From Kofleriaceae bacterium (GTDB lineage: Bacteria; Myxococcota_A; Polyangia; Haliangiales; Haliangiaceae), in assembly GCA_965215005.1 (NCBI GenBank), contig CBDCCZ010000004.1, forward strand, positions 317,115-381,114: a DNA stretch of 64,000 nt, given 5' to 3'. How positions within the stretch are numbered: position 1 is the first letter of the stretch; each line of letters opens with the position of its first letter. Under the pieces are notes generated by a model. That model worked only from the letters and a program-made list of their open reading frames with translations, had not been told where the DNA came from and searched no databases. The position numbers were made by a program, and so were the translations under genes. This document shows positions 8,753-18,658 of this stretch, piece by piece.

Positions 8753-10494
8753 AGACCCGCGAGTCGTTCGCATATGTGGTTGGTGTCGAGGGGGCCAACG
8801 TTCGATTAAATCTTCTCGATGCGCATCGCGGGCACGTCGCGGCACATCGAGACGGTGTCTCGTCCGTCACGGATATCGGCGGCTTGTTCGGGGTCGATGC
8901 CGGAATTCGGCTCCTGCTCTTGCGGGTGAAGAGTCTCTCGTTCGCTGAGCCGCGAGAGGCACACCGCGCTGGGGTTGGCTCAACACACAGCGCGGGTGAA
9001 CCGCTGCGGCACGTCGAAGCCATCGTCGTCGGCACGATTTGCCGACGAGATTCGGGCCTGACCTTCACCGCGGACTCGCTGGTTTCGCCGTCCCTTGGTG
9101 CCGAGGCATATCCGCTGTCTCAGGAGGAACTCGCCTGTGTGCTTCGCACCGAGGCAAACAAAGGCCCGGATGTCAGTATCGGACTCGACACGAGGGGTGG
9201 GGGCAACCTCCGGTGCGATCTCTCCGAAATGCTTGGGCGCCATGTCGCTGTGCTTGGCAGCACGGGGCAAGGTAAGAGCTGCTTCACCGCAGCCGTACTG
9301 CAGCAGTTGACGCGGCTCCGCGCACCTCGAATCGTGGTGTTCGACATCAACGGCGAGTACGAGACAGCGCTCGCTCCGCACCTTCCGGGCACCACTTTCA
9401 AGAAAACGGTGCTCGGCGGGAGCAACTCGACGTTCACGATCCCGTACTACGCCCTCGGCCGCCACGGTCTGGCGCGGCTCTTCCTGCCCAGCGAGAAAAC
9501 GCAGAGGCCCGCTCTTACGTTCGCGCTTGAGCACCTAGGCGCGGTGAAGTGGTTTCCCACGGAACAGGGTGCCGGCCTCGTAAGTTCGAATAGCCCGGCT
9601 CTGTTTGACGATGGGCGCCCAGGAGATGCCAGCGCCGCCTGGAAGGCGATCGACATCCTCCGACGAGGGGCGGGGCACGGTGCGACGGAGTGGCCTAACA
9701 TGGGAGCGCTCGCTTGCCTGGTCGCCGAGAGCCACTCGCTGAAGCAGGTGAACAGGGGGGGCTCGACGATCTACGAACGTGATGCCTTCCACTACAGCAA
9801 CGTCGCACCGTTGGTGACGCGGATCCGTCGGTGCATGGACGACCCGTTGTTTACCTCAGTCGTGAATATCGGGGGTGGGCCACCAAAGCAGGCCGGCGTC
9901 CTCGATTGGAATGCTGAGGGTGCGGCGCTTTGCGACGAGGTGTTCGGTGCCCAGGACGCTGAGTGGAAGGTCCACCTCGTCGACCTCCGGCGTGTGGCAC
10001 ACGATCTGTTGCCGCTTGTCCTTGGTTCTCTCCTTGAGCTCCTGGCTTTTCAGCTATTTCACCGGGGCCAGGCGAACACGTACCCGACGATGCTCGTGCT
10101 TGAGGAGGCGCACCACTACCTACGCCAATTCGCCGAAGGCGGTGAGGAGGCCCGTCGCAACGGCCTTGCGTACGAGCGACTCGCGAAGGAGGGGCGGAAG
10201 TTCGGACTGAGCCTCTGGCTCAGCACGCAACGCCCCTCGGAGGTCTCCAACACGGTCCTGGCCCAATGTGGCACGTGGGTGGTCTTTCGCCTCACGTCGG
10301 AGCAAGACCTGAAATCGGTAGGCTCCGCTGGGGAATGGGTGGACCGACACGAGTTGAAACGGATCTCGGGGCTGCCGAGGCAGCAAGCCGTTGTCTTCGG
10401 CTCCAGCGTCACCATGCCGGTGCGAGTAATCGCCCCGCGGGCAGAACCGCTCCCGAAGTCCGCTGATCCCGACTTCAGCAGATGGTCCGGGTGA
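8749..10494 (+). CDS. herA: HerA/DUF87 ATPase of the Sir2-HerA system
   Basis: N-terminal HAS barrel, 'RHVAVLGSTGQGKS', 'VFDINGEY', 'LEEAHHY', 'ERLAKEGRKFGLSLWLSTQRPSEV'. Confidence 0.93.
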   Translation: MKTRESFAYVVGVEGANVRLNLLDAHRGHVAAHRDGVSSVTDIGGLFGVDAGIRLLLLRVKSLSFAEPREAHRAGVGSTHSAGEPLRHVEAIVVGTICRRDSGLTFTADSLVSPSLGAEAYPLSQEELACVLRTEANKGPDVSIGLDTRGGGNLRCDLSEMLGRHVAVLGSTGQGKSCFTAAVLQQLTRLRAPRIVVFDINGEYETALAPHLPGTTFKKTVLGGSNSTFTIPYYALGRHGLARLFLPSEKTQRPALTFALEHLGAVKWFPTEQGAGLVSSNSPALFDDGRPGDASAAWKAIDILRRGAGHGATEWPNMGALACLVAESHSLKQVNRGGSTIYERDAFHYSNVAPLVTRIRRCMDDPLFTSVVNIGGGPPKQAGVLDWNAEGAALCDEVFGAQDAEWKVHLVDLRRVAHDLLPLVLGSLLELLAFQLFHRGQANTYPTMLVLEEAHHYLRQFAEGGEEARRNGLAYERLAKEGRKFGLSLWLSTQRPSEVSNTVLAQCGTWVVFRLTSEQDLKSVGSAGEWVDRHELKRISGLPRQQAVVFGSSVTMPVRVIAPRAEPLPKSADPDFSRWSG

Positions 10495-10522
10495 ATGCTC
10501 GGCGCATGGATCGGGACAGTAG

Positions 10523-13194
10523 ATGCCGACGGCAATGTCCCAAGCGCGAAGTTCCCTCGCTCGTAGCCAGCGCGGCGCAAGCAATGCTCGCATCGCGCCG
10601 ATTTCCTGCGAGCTCGAGCTGCGCGCCACCCTGGCCGAGAGCGATGGCGAGCCGGTCGCCATCTTGGTTCCGTACCTGGCCGAGCCGGTGCCGCCGGACA
10701 TCGCTGGGATCCACCCGGTCACCGGCGAGCGTCGCCTGGCGCGCATCTTCGATGCCGCTGGCGCCCATCCCGCGCTGTTGCAGTCGCCGCTCAAGCAGGC
10801 GCTGTTGGCCCAGCCCGACAAGTTCGCCGGGCCGATCAGCGGCACCACGGTGAGCCTGGAGCTGGCCTGGCGGCGGTTTCTCGACCGCGAAGCCGGCTTG
10901 CCGCAGACCGAGGTGCTGTCGGTGCAGCACCTGGCCAAGTTGTGCGCCGAGGCGCCCGGTGGCGTCGAGTTTGGTCAGCGCTGGGTCTACGATGGGCCGC
11001 TGCGCGAGGCGTTGGCCAGATTTCTGGACTCGCAGGTCGGCGAGCTCGGCCGGCGGCTGTGGGCTGCCTGGGAGCAGGGCCGCGGCACCGACATGGCCGC
11101 GTGGTCGCTATTGCTCGAGACCTTGGCGCCGCAGATTGCCGGCAGTGAGGTTTTGAAGACGTATCTGCCGGAGAAGCTGGCGTCGATGGTGCCCGGCATC
11201 GATCTCGCCGATGATTTGGCGCTGCTCGCGCAATGGGGCGAGCTCGCCAAGAGCTTGCGCCTGCGCCTGGGTGAGACCGCCTTTGCGCGGCTGGCCGCTC
11301 AGGCCGATGGGCTCTTTCCCATTGAGACGCTCGCTGCTCAGCTTCTCGACAACCCGTATGTGCCGAGCTCGCTGGTCTGGGCCAAAGACCAGCTCGCCGC
11401 ATCGCTCCGCGATGCCATGGCCTCGCTCACCGTCGAGCGCTTTGCCGCCGCCAAGGCCGACCTGCAGCGGCTCGAGGCCCACCGCCTCAAGGTCGACCCG
11501 GCGCACGTCTCCACGGTGCTGCGGGCGCGCATGGCGGTGCGGCTCTTGGCCTATCTCTGGCAGCGGCAAACCCGGCCGCCGAGCTCGGCGCCAGCGCACA
11601 AGACGCGAGCCTGGCGTTGGCCGAGCACTACGCTAGCGAAGGGGGCTTTGTCGACTACGCGCGCCGGCGCGCCCAAGGCGGCGGCAGCGGCGCGCTGGAT
11701 GCCGCCATCGAGTCGGTCATCGCCCGCGTTCATGCGCTGCGCGACGCCGACGATGAGGGGTTTGCGCGCGGATTGCAGTCGTGGCTGCACGCCGGTCGGC
11801 CGCACGATCGCGTCGTGGCCATCGACAAGGCGCTCGACCGCTTTGCGGTGCGCTTCCTCGAAGGCGGCGCGCACCGCAAGCTCTTGGTGCTGCTCCTCGA
11901 TGGACTGTCGTGGTCGGTGGCCGTCGAGCTGCTCTTGGATTTGGAAAGTCATGAGTATGGCCCAATCAAATGGCGACCGAGCGGCTACCACGGCGCCGCG
12001 CCGCTGCCGCCGATGCTGGCGGCGTTTCCGACCATCACCGAGGTGAGCCGCAGCGCGTTCTTCGCCGGCGCGCCGATGCCAAGCGGCGCCTCGCACGCAA
12101 CCAGCCGCGATCCGGATCGCTTCGAGGCTCACCGCGGCTTGAACAAGCTCCTCGGCGAGGGCCCGACGCTGCTCCTCAAGGGCGCGGCCGAAACCGCCAC
12201 CGGCTTTGCGACCAGCGAGCTGCGCGAGCTTCTGCGTGGCGACGACCGCGTGGTCGGGGTGGTGGTCAACGCCGTCGACGACCACCTCAAGCTGACCATG
12301 AGCCTCGAGGTGGAATTTCGGCTTGAGTCGATTCGCGTGTTGGGCGAGGTGCTCGAGCTGGCCACCCACGAAGATCGCGCGGTGTTGGTGGTGGCCGATC
12401 ACGGTCACGCCACCGGCGGGCGCATGGACTACCTCGCGCCCAAGACCAGCGAATGCGGCGCCCGCTGGCGCCTGCTCGATGACGGCGAGGAGCCGGGCGC
12501 GGGCGAAATCGCACTCGAAGGCGAGGGCGCTTGGAGCCCGCACAAGCGCCGGCGCGTGGCCATGCTCGCCACCGAAACCAAACGCTACGTGAGCAGTAAG
12601 CACGCCGGCGAGCACGGCGGCGCCACCTTGGCCGAGGTGGTCGCGCCGGCGTTCTTCCTCGGCTCCGACCGCCTGGCGCAAAGCCCCACCTACGTTGGTG
12701 ACGAAGACATGGAAGCCGGCGCGCTGGCGCCGCCGGTGTGGTGGGACTGCGAGTTAGCGCCCGAGCGTGCCGAGGCGCGGCCGGCGGCTCCGGCGCCGCG
12801 CGCCAAGAACGCCACCAAGAAATCCAAACCCGCGCCCAACCAAGTCGCCATGCCCTTCGCCGAGGCGCCGGTGGCCGAGGCGGCGGGCGCGAAGCCGAGC
12901 AAGGTCCGCCAAGCGATCGAGGCGAGCGAGCAGTTCGCCGGCCTCAACAAGCGAAAACGCGCCGAGCTCGACGCGGTGATAACGCAGCTCGAGGTCCTCC
13001 TCGATTACGGCGACGACGGCAAGCTGCCCGACGAGGTCTTCGCCCACCGCGTCGGCGTGCCCAAGCGCCAAGTCGAAGGCGTGGTCGCCCGCATCCGCGA
13101 ATACCTCAACATCGATGGCTATGCAGTGGTGCGCTACGAAGCCCAGCAGGTCATCTTCGACCTCGAGCTCTTCCGCGAAATGTTCGAGGCCTAA
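10523..13194 (+). pseudogene. pglZ: BREX-2-type PglZ, frameshifted near 11570 and probably 5'-truncated
   Basis: ORFs 10523-12046 and 11617-13194 join through one missing base near CAAACCCGG (about 11568-11575). Motifs LLLDGLSW, FPTITEVSRSAFFAG, VVADHGH, HGGATLAEV and 'LNIDGYAVV'. Followed by brxD and brxHI. Confidence 0.8.
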
Positions 13195-13218
13195 AAATCA
13201 CCGAATGAGCGATTGTCG

Positions 13219-14556
13219 ATGAGCCAACCCAGCAAACTCCTCCGTCGCGACATCATGGCGGCGCTGCGCAATGGCACCGTCCCCCAGCGCGGCATCGAGC
13301 ATTTCGCCGTTGGCCTCGACCGCTTCGCCGACGCCATCGACGAGGAGCTGGCCCGCGCCGCTCAAGGCAGTGGCGTCTTCAAAGCCGTGCGCGGCGAATA
13401 CGGCAACGGCAAGACCTTCTTCGCCCGCTGGCTCCAGCACCGCGCGCAACACCAAGGCTTTGCCACCGCCGAGGTGCAGATCTCCGAAACCGAGACTCCC
13501 CTGTACCAAATGCAGACCATCTACCGACGGGCCATGGAGAGCCTGCGGACCAAGGAGTGGCACACCGGCGGCTTCCGCTCGCTCATCGACCGCTGGTTTC
13601 TCGACCTCGAAGAAGAAGTTTGCGCCCGCCCCGGCATCGATGTTCACGACGGCCCGCGCGTCGCCACCCTGGTCGGCGAGCTCCTCGAAACCCGCCTTGC
13701 CAGCGTTAGCGCCACCCAAAGCCAGTTTTCTGCCGTCCTTCGCGCCTACCACCGCGCCCGCGTCGCCGAAGACCAAGCCACCGCCGAAGGTCTTCTATCG
13801 TGGATCATGGGCCAGCCCAACGTCGCCGCCGCCATCAAGCGCCAAGCCGGCGTCAAAGGCGAAGTCGACCACGCCGGCGCTAGCGGCTTTCTGCGCGGCA
13901 TGCTCGAAGTCCTGCGCCAAACCGGCCGCAAAGGCCTCGTCCTCGTCCTCGACGAAGTCGAAACCGTCCAGCGCATGCGCCGCGACGTCCGCGAACGCAG
14001 CCTCAACGCCCTGCGCCAACTCCTCGACGACCTCGACGGCGGCAGGTATCCCGGCCTCTACGTCCTCGTCACCGGCACCCGCGACTTCTTCGAAGGCCCC
14101 AGAGGCATCCGCTCGGCCGAAGCACTCGCCCAGCGCCTCTACGTCGACTTCCGCCTGCCCTTCGAAAGCTCCAAAGCCGTGCAGATTCGCCTGCAGCCCT
14201 TCACCCTCGAACGCCTCATCGAAGTCGGCACCACGATCCGCGACCTCTACAACGCCAAACACCCGGGCCGCATCGCCGCCAAAGTCACCGACGTAATCAT
14301 CGCCGCCCTCGCCAAAGACACCGCCGGCGCCCTCGGCGAAAACGTCGGCGTCGCCCCGCGCATCTACCTCAAAAAGCTCGTCGGCGGCCTCCTCGACATG
14401 GTCGACGAGCACGAAGCCTTCGACCCCGCCACCCACTTCCACCTCGACCTCACCCCCGCCGAGATGACCCCCGAAGAAAAGGCCGCCGCCGGCCTCGAAA
14501 CCTCCGTCGACGACATCGAGCTCGACCTCGCCAGCGAGCCCGGCGCATTGTCATAG
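13219..14556 (+). CDS. brxD: BREX ATP-binding protein BrxD (DUF2791-like)
   Basis: 'ALRNGTVPQRGIEHFAVGL', 'FKAVRGEYGNGKTFF', 'EVQISETETPL', 'LVLVLDEVETVQRMR'. Confidence 0.92.
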   Translation: MSQPSKLLRRDIMAALRNGTVPQRGIEHFAVGLDRFADAIDEELARAAQGSGVFKAVRGEYGNGKTFFARWLQHRAQHQGFATAEVQISETETPLYQMQTIYRRAMESLRTKEWHTGGFRSLIDRWFLDLEEEVCARPGIDVHDGPRVATLVGELLETRLASVSATQSQFSAVLRAYHRARVAEDQATAEGLLSWIMGQPNVAAAIKRQAGVKGEVDHAGASGFLRGMLEVLRQTGRKGLVLVLDEVETVQRMRRDVRERSLNALRQLLDDLDGGRYPGLYVLVTGTRDFFEGPRGIRSAEALAQRLYVDFRLPFESSKAVQIRLQPFTLERLIEVGTTIRDLYNAKHPGRIAAKVTDVIIAALAKDTAGALGENVGVAPRIYLKKLVGGLLDMVDEHEAFDPATHFHLDLTPAEMTPEEKAAAGLETSVDDIELDLASEPGALS

Positions 14557-14663
14557 GAGGAAGTTAGGGTTCTGGAAAATGGCACCCAGGCGCCCTACAC
14601 TTCGCGGCGCGCGCTAACGCGCTGCATGGCGACAGAGTCGATCATTAGACGTCAGAGCCAGGA

Positions 14664-15191
14664 CTACTCCTCGAGGTCGGGTTGCTCGGCTTCTAGCTCA
14701 TCGATCTCGGGGAGCACCATCTCGCCCATCGTCGTTGAGAACCTCGCGGATTGGTCTTCTTCGAGCCGAGGATGGTGCGCGAGTTTCGCGGCCTCGTCCT
14801 GGGCCAGGGGCGCTTCCATCTCCTTAGGTGGCGGCATGATGCACGTGTACGTATTCACCGACGCGGCCTGCTGATAGCCGAAGGCGACCGCCATGCCTGC
14901 GCTCACGCCGGCGCCCACACCGAGGAGTAAGCGCTTTCGACGCGCGGAACGCGCGCCCACTGGACAATCGCCGGTGATGACGGTGCCATCGGCGCGATGG
15001 TGGAAGCGAACACATGGCGTCTCGTCCTGCCGAGCGAGCAGCGCCTCGAGCTGCTCACTGGTCATATGTGAGAGGTGATAGACGTCCTTGTCGCACTGGG
15101 AGCAGTGGCGTATTGCGTCGTCCCCCCGCATGTCGTCCCAGCTGGCGCGGCAAGGACTCGCAACCTTCAGTCGCATCGAACGCTTGGTCAT
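14664..15191 (-). CDS. Hypothetical membrane protein with a Cys-rich N-terminal domain
   Basis: 'VASPCRASWDDMRGDDAIRHCSQCDKDVYHLS...PCVRFHHRADGTVITGDCPVG', then one TM helix and an acidic tail. ATG 15191 chosen as start. Confidence 0.7.
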   Translation of the reverse strand: MTKRSMRLKVASPCRASWDDMRGDDAIRHCSQCDKDVYHLSHMTSEQLEALLARQDETPCVRFHHRADGTVITGDCPVGARSARRKRLLLGVGAGVSAGMAVAFGYQQAASVNTYTCIMPPPKEMEAPLAQDEAAKLAHHPRLEEDQSARFSTTMGEMVLPEIDELEAEQPDLEE

Positions 15192-15269
15192 GGGGCTATG
15201 CAACGCCCGATGCTCCCATTGGATCTGGAAGTCGACGGCGATTGCCACGACCGCCGCAGCAAGGGGCAA

Positions 15270-15319
15270 CGATCAACCTATCGAATATTGCGATCAACAT
15301 ATCGATATTTCGATATAAT
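15270..15319 (+). promoter_or_regulatory. Tandem imperfect palindromic operator-like repeats plus a TATAAT -10 box
   Basis: CGATCAACCTATCGAATATTG / CGATCAACATATCGATATTT repeats. TATAAT at 15314-15319, 8 nt before the GTG of an XRE gene. AT-rich island. Confidence 0.55.
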
Positions 15320-15327
15320 CGAGAGAA

Positions 15328-15480
15328 GTGCCGATAGAACTCGAGAAGAATCGAGTCGAGATAGCGCGAAACGTGCGCGAGCTACGCCGCTCTCGCAAGT
15401 GGAGCCAGGCCGAGCTGGCGGCGCGGCTGGGGCTGTCGCAAAGCCGGCTGAGCGAGCTCGAACGCGGCGACGGGTCGTTC
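15328..15480 (+). pseudogene. XRE/Cro-C1 HTH regulator, truncated
   Basis: 'IARNVRELRRSRKWSQAELAARLGLSQSRLSELERGDGSF', then runs out of frame into a different gene remnant. Confidence 0.7.
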
Positions 15481-15865
15481 AACTCTGGGCCGTCGGTATC
15501 ACAGAGATCTTTCTCGACGGCTCGTTCGCCGAAGACAAGGATCATCCGAATGACGTCGATGGCTATTTCGAGTGCGACCTCCACTTCCTCGCATCCGGCC
15601 GCTTACAGCGCCAGCTGAATCTCCTGGATCCTCACAAGGTCGGGACGTGGGATCCTCGTTCGCGTCTGCCTACCGCGGCTATCCGAAGAAGCAGCTGCCG
15701 ATGTGGCATCGGTATCGAGTCGAGTTCTACCCCCCTTATGGCCAGCGCTCGGGAATCTGCGATCGCTACGGCAACCAGCTCGAGTTTCCGTCGGCATTCC
15801 GGCTGTCTCGCCGGGATGGGCGACCCCGAGGAATCATCAAGGTGAAGAAGGACGGCAGTCTATGA
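15475..15865 (+). pseudogene. Pol-beta-type nucleotidyltransferase-like (DUF6932-like) remnant, 5'-truncated, frameshift near 15670
   Basis: 'QLWAVGITEIFLDGSFAEDKDHPNDVDGYFECD' (GSF...DxD) continues after a frameshift as 'YRGYPKKQLPMWHRYRVEFYP...FPSAFRLSRRDGRPRGIIKV'. ATGA overlap with the next gene. Confidence 0.6.
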
Positions 15866-16323
15866 TCCGCAACGAAAATGAGTACAAGGAGGCAATTCGC
15901 CGACTTCAAGAGGAGGAGGGGCGGCTTAGCGATACGAAAACCAATCTCGAAGAGATGGGGCTGAGCTCGGACGAGGTCAAGCGCGCGCTCGATCCCATGC
16001 GTTCGTTCCACGCGCAGCTGGTAGAAGAAGTCGAGAGCTACGAGCGGCTTCGCCGCGGGGAGTTCTCTGAGCTAACGAATCTTCACGGCCTGGGCCAGAT
16101 GTTCGTGGCGGTGCGAATCGCCAAGGGGCTCTCTCAACGTGAGCTGGCGCGAATCTTAGGGGTTCACGAGACGCAAGTATCACGCGACGAGCGCAACGAA
16201 TATCACGGCGTCACCGTGGACCGAGCCAGCAGAATTCTCGACGCTCTGGGTGTCTCGATGCGAAGTCAGCTCGAACAGCCGTTGGTTCCAGGCGCTGGCG
16301 CGGAGCCTCTCACCCTCGGATGA
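15862..16323 (+). CDS. XRE-family HTH protein (HigA-like antitoxin or regulator)
   Basis: 'MIRNENEYKEA' N-terminus and C-terminal HTH 'RIAKGLSQRELARILGVHETQVSRDERNEYHG'. Confidence 0.85.
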   Translation: MIRNENEYKEAIRRLQEEEGRLSDTKTNLEEMGLSSDEVKRALDPMRSFHAQLVEEVESYERLRRGEFSELTNLHGLGQMFVAVRIAKGLSQRELARILGVHETQVSRDERNEYHGVTVDRASRILDALGVSMRSQLEQPLVPGAGAEPLTLG

Positions 16324-16342
16324 AGCCGCGAGTTGAGCAATC

Positions 16343-18421
16343 ATGAGTGATGCATTCGCGCGCTTCAGTCCGGCACTGCAGTATCAAATCGTCAACGCGC
16401 TGGGATTTACGGGGCTGCGGCCGGTGCAGGAGCAGGCGGCCGCGCAAATTCTCGATGGCAAGAACTGCGTGGTGCTGGCGCCGACAGCGGGCGGCAAGAC
16501 CGAGGCGGCGTTCTTTCCGCTGTTGTCGCAGATGGACGCAGGCGATTGGAAGCCGGTGTCGGTGATCTACGTGGCGCCGATTCGGGCGCTGCTCAACAAT
16601 CAGGAAGAGCGGCTGATTCGCTATGCGGGGCTCGTTGGCCGGCGCGCGTTCAAGTGGCACGGCGATGTGTCGCAGAGCGCGAAGAAGCGGTTCTGCGGCG
16701 ATCCAGCCGACATTCTATTGACCACGCCGGAATCGCTGGAGGCGATGCTGATGAGCCAGCGGGTGCCGGCGCGGCGGCTGTTTCGCGGTTTGCGCGCGGT
16801 GGTCATCGATGAGGTCCACGCGTTCGTCGGCGACGATCGCGGAGGTCATCTTTCTGCGGTGCTAGAGCGTCTGAGCCGCTACTGCGGCAGTGACGTGCAG
16901 CGTATTGGACTCTCGGCCACGGTGGGCAATCCGGCCGATATTCTGGCCTGGGCGGCGGGAAGCTCACAGCGTGCGGGGGTGGTGGTGGATCCGGGTGGTG
17001 GTCGCGCCGAACCGCAGGTGACTCTCGACTTCGTCGGTAGCCTCACCAACGCCGCGATCATCATTGCCAATTTGCACCGGGGCAAGAAGCGGTTGGTCTT
17101 TGCCGATAGCCGTCGCGTGGTCGAAGATCTCGGCCGCGAGCTGGTGAGTCGTGGGATCGATGCGTATGCGATTCATGGATCGCTGTCCTTCGATGAGCGG
17201 CGCCTGGCTGAAGAGAAGTTCGAGCGTGGGCGCGACTGTGTGATCGTGGCAACCAGCGCCATGGAGCTCGGCATCGACATCGGCGACCTCGACCACGTCA
17301 TTCAGATCGACGCACCGACCACCGTGGCTGCGTTTCTTCAGCGCATGGGCCGCACCGGTCGCCGCGCCGGCACGCAGCCCAATTGCCTGTTCTTGGCCAC
17401 CGACGACAAGGGCCTGCGGCGCGCCGCTGCCATCATTCATCTGTGGGAGCAGGGCTTCGTCGAGTCGCTGCCGATCGGCAGGTTCGCGCCCCATCTCTTG
17501 GCGCACCAGCTCATGGCGCTCATCGTTCAGCAAGGCGGCATCCCAGCCGGCGACTGGTGGGCGTGGATCTGCCGGGCCACGCCGTTTCAGAACATCGAAG
17601 ACGCGGATCGTGCCGAGCTCGTGGACAAAATGCTCATCGAGGACATCCTCTGCGAGGCCGACGGCCGCTTACTGCTCGGCGCGGTCGGCGAGCGCGTGTA
17701 CGGCAAACGCAATTTCCTCGACCTCTACGCGGTCTTCTCGACGCCGCCGGAGATGACCGTGATCTACGGCGGTAAGGTCATCGGCACCATTGCGGTCGAC
17801 TTCGTCACCTTGCAGGGCGAGAACGATCTCACCTTCACCCTCGCCACCCAGGCCTGGCGCGCCACCGAGATCGACTGGAGCAAGTCCATCATCTACGTGG
17901 CCAAGGCTGAAAGCGGCCACGCACCCCGCTGGGTGGGCAGCCGCAAGTTTCTGTCGCGCACGCTGTGCCAGGCGATACGGCACGTCGTCGCCGGCACCGA
18001 GCTCAACCCTCGCTGGTCGCAACGCGCCCAGGACGCCATCGGCCGAATCCGCGACGAGTACGGCTTTCTCGGTAGCTCGAATGGATTCCAGCTGGCCCGC
18101 CACGAAACCGGTTATCGCCTCTACACGTTTGCCGGCGGCAAGCACAACGTGGTTCTCGCTCGCCTGCTCGAAGAGCCGTTGGGCGAGCGCATCTCGTCGA
18201 GCAACCTCTACCTCACCTTGCGCGACCGCGCCGGCCAGAGCGAAGCGGCGATCCGCGACGCGCTGCGCGAGCTGCACGACCAGCGTCGCCCAAATGCCGA
18301 GGATGTGGTTCGGCTCGCGAAGTCCTGCGTGACCCATCGCCTGAGCAAATTCCAGCGCTGCCTGAGCGATCGGCTCGAGTCGCGCTACATCGCCCATACC
18401 CTGGCCGACGACATCGCCTGA
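16343..18421 (+). CDS. brxHI: Lhr-like DEAD/DEAH helicase, BREX BrxHI
   Basis: 'APTAGGKTEAA', 'LTTPESLE', DEVH box, 'GLSAT', 'ATSAMELGIDIGDLD', 'QRMGRTGRR'. Lies downstream of brxD. Confidence 0.88.
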   Translation: MSDAFARFSPALQYQIVNALGFTGLRPVQEQAAAQILDGKNCVVLAPTAGGKTEAAFFPLLSQMDAGDWKPVSVIYVAPIRALLNNQEERLIRYAGLVGRRAFKWHGDVSQSAKKRFCGDPADILLTTPESLEAMLMSQRVPARRLFRGLRAVVIDEVHAFVGDDRGGHLSAVLERLSRYCGSDVQRIGLSATVGNPADILAWAAGSSQRAGVVVDPGGGRAEPQVTLDFVGSLTNAAIIIANLHRGKKRLVFADSRRVVEDLGRELVSRGIDAYAIHGSLSFDERRLAEEKFERGRDCVIVATSAMELGIDIGDLDHVIQIDAPTTVAAFLQRMGRTGRRAGTQPNCLFLATDDKGLRRAAAIIHLWEQGFVESLPIGRFAPHLLAHQLMALIVQQGGIPAGDWWAWICRATPFQNIEDADRAELVDKMLIEDILCEADGRLLLGAVGERVYGKRNFLDLYAVFSTPPEMTVIYGGKVIGTIAVDFVTLQGENDLTFTLATQAWRATEIDWSKSIIYVAKAESGHAPRWVGSRKFLSRTLCQAIRHVVAGTELNPRWSQRAQDAIGRIRDEYGFLGSSNGFQLARHETGYRLYTFAGGKHNVVLARLLEEPLGERISSSNLYLTLRDRAGQSEAAIRDALRELHDQRRPNAEDVVRLAKSCVTHRLSKFQRCLSDRLESRYIAHTLADDIA

Positions 18422-18590
18422 GCGGCAACATCGGAGCCGTGGTTGGCGCGGCAAGGCTCGAGCGGTGCGCAGTGCTGCCCGGCATCCCCGAGCCGTTTCT
18501 CTAGCTTACGGCGCTTGCTCCGGGAGAGGGGCGACGCTTCGAATTCGGCACGCGGAGGGCGCAATCTACGGGCAGATTCCTCGACGAGGC

Positions 18591-18642
18591 TCGCCGCTGC
18601 AGCTGCCACGTTCATCTAAGTCGTGGCGGATTGCAGCGGCGA
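18591..18642. terminator. Long hairpin between convergent genes
   Basis: TCGCCGCTGCA...TGCAGCGGCGA outer stem with a GCCACG/CGTGGC inner stem. Confidence 0.5.
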
Positions 18643-18658
18643 AGCGAGTGGGCCGCAG

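Noticed and set aside
14606..14655. attC-like site (GCTAAC...CATTAGAC)
   Set aside because: The core sites are degenerate, there is no convincing internal pairing, and there is no integrase or second site.
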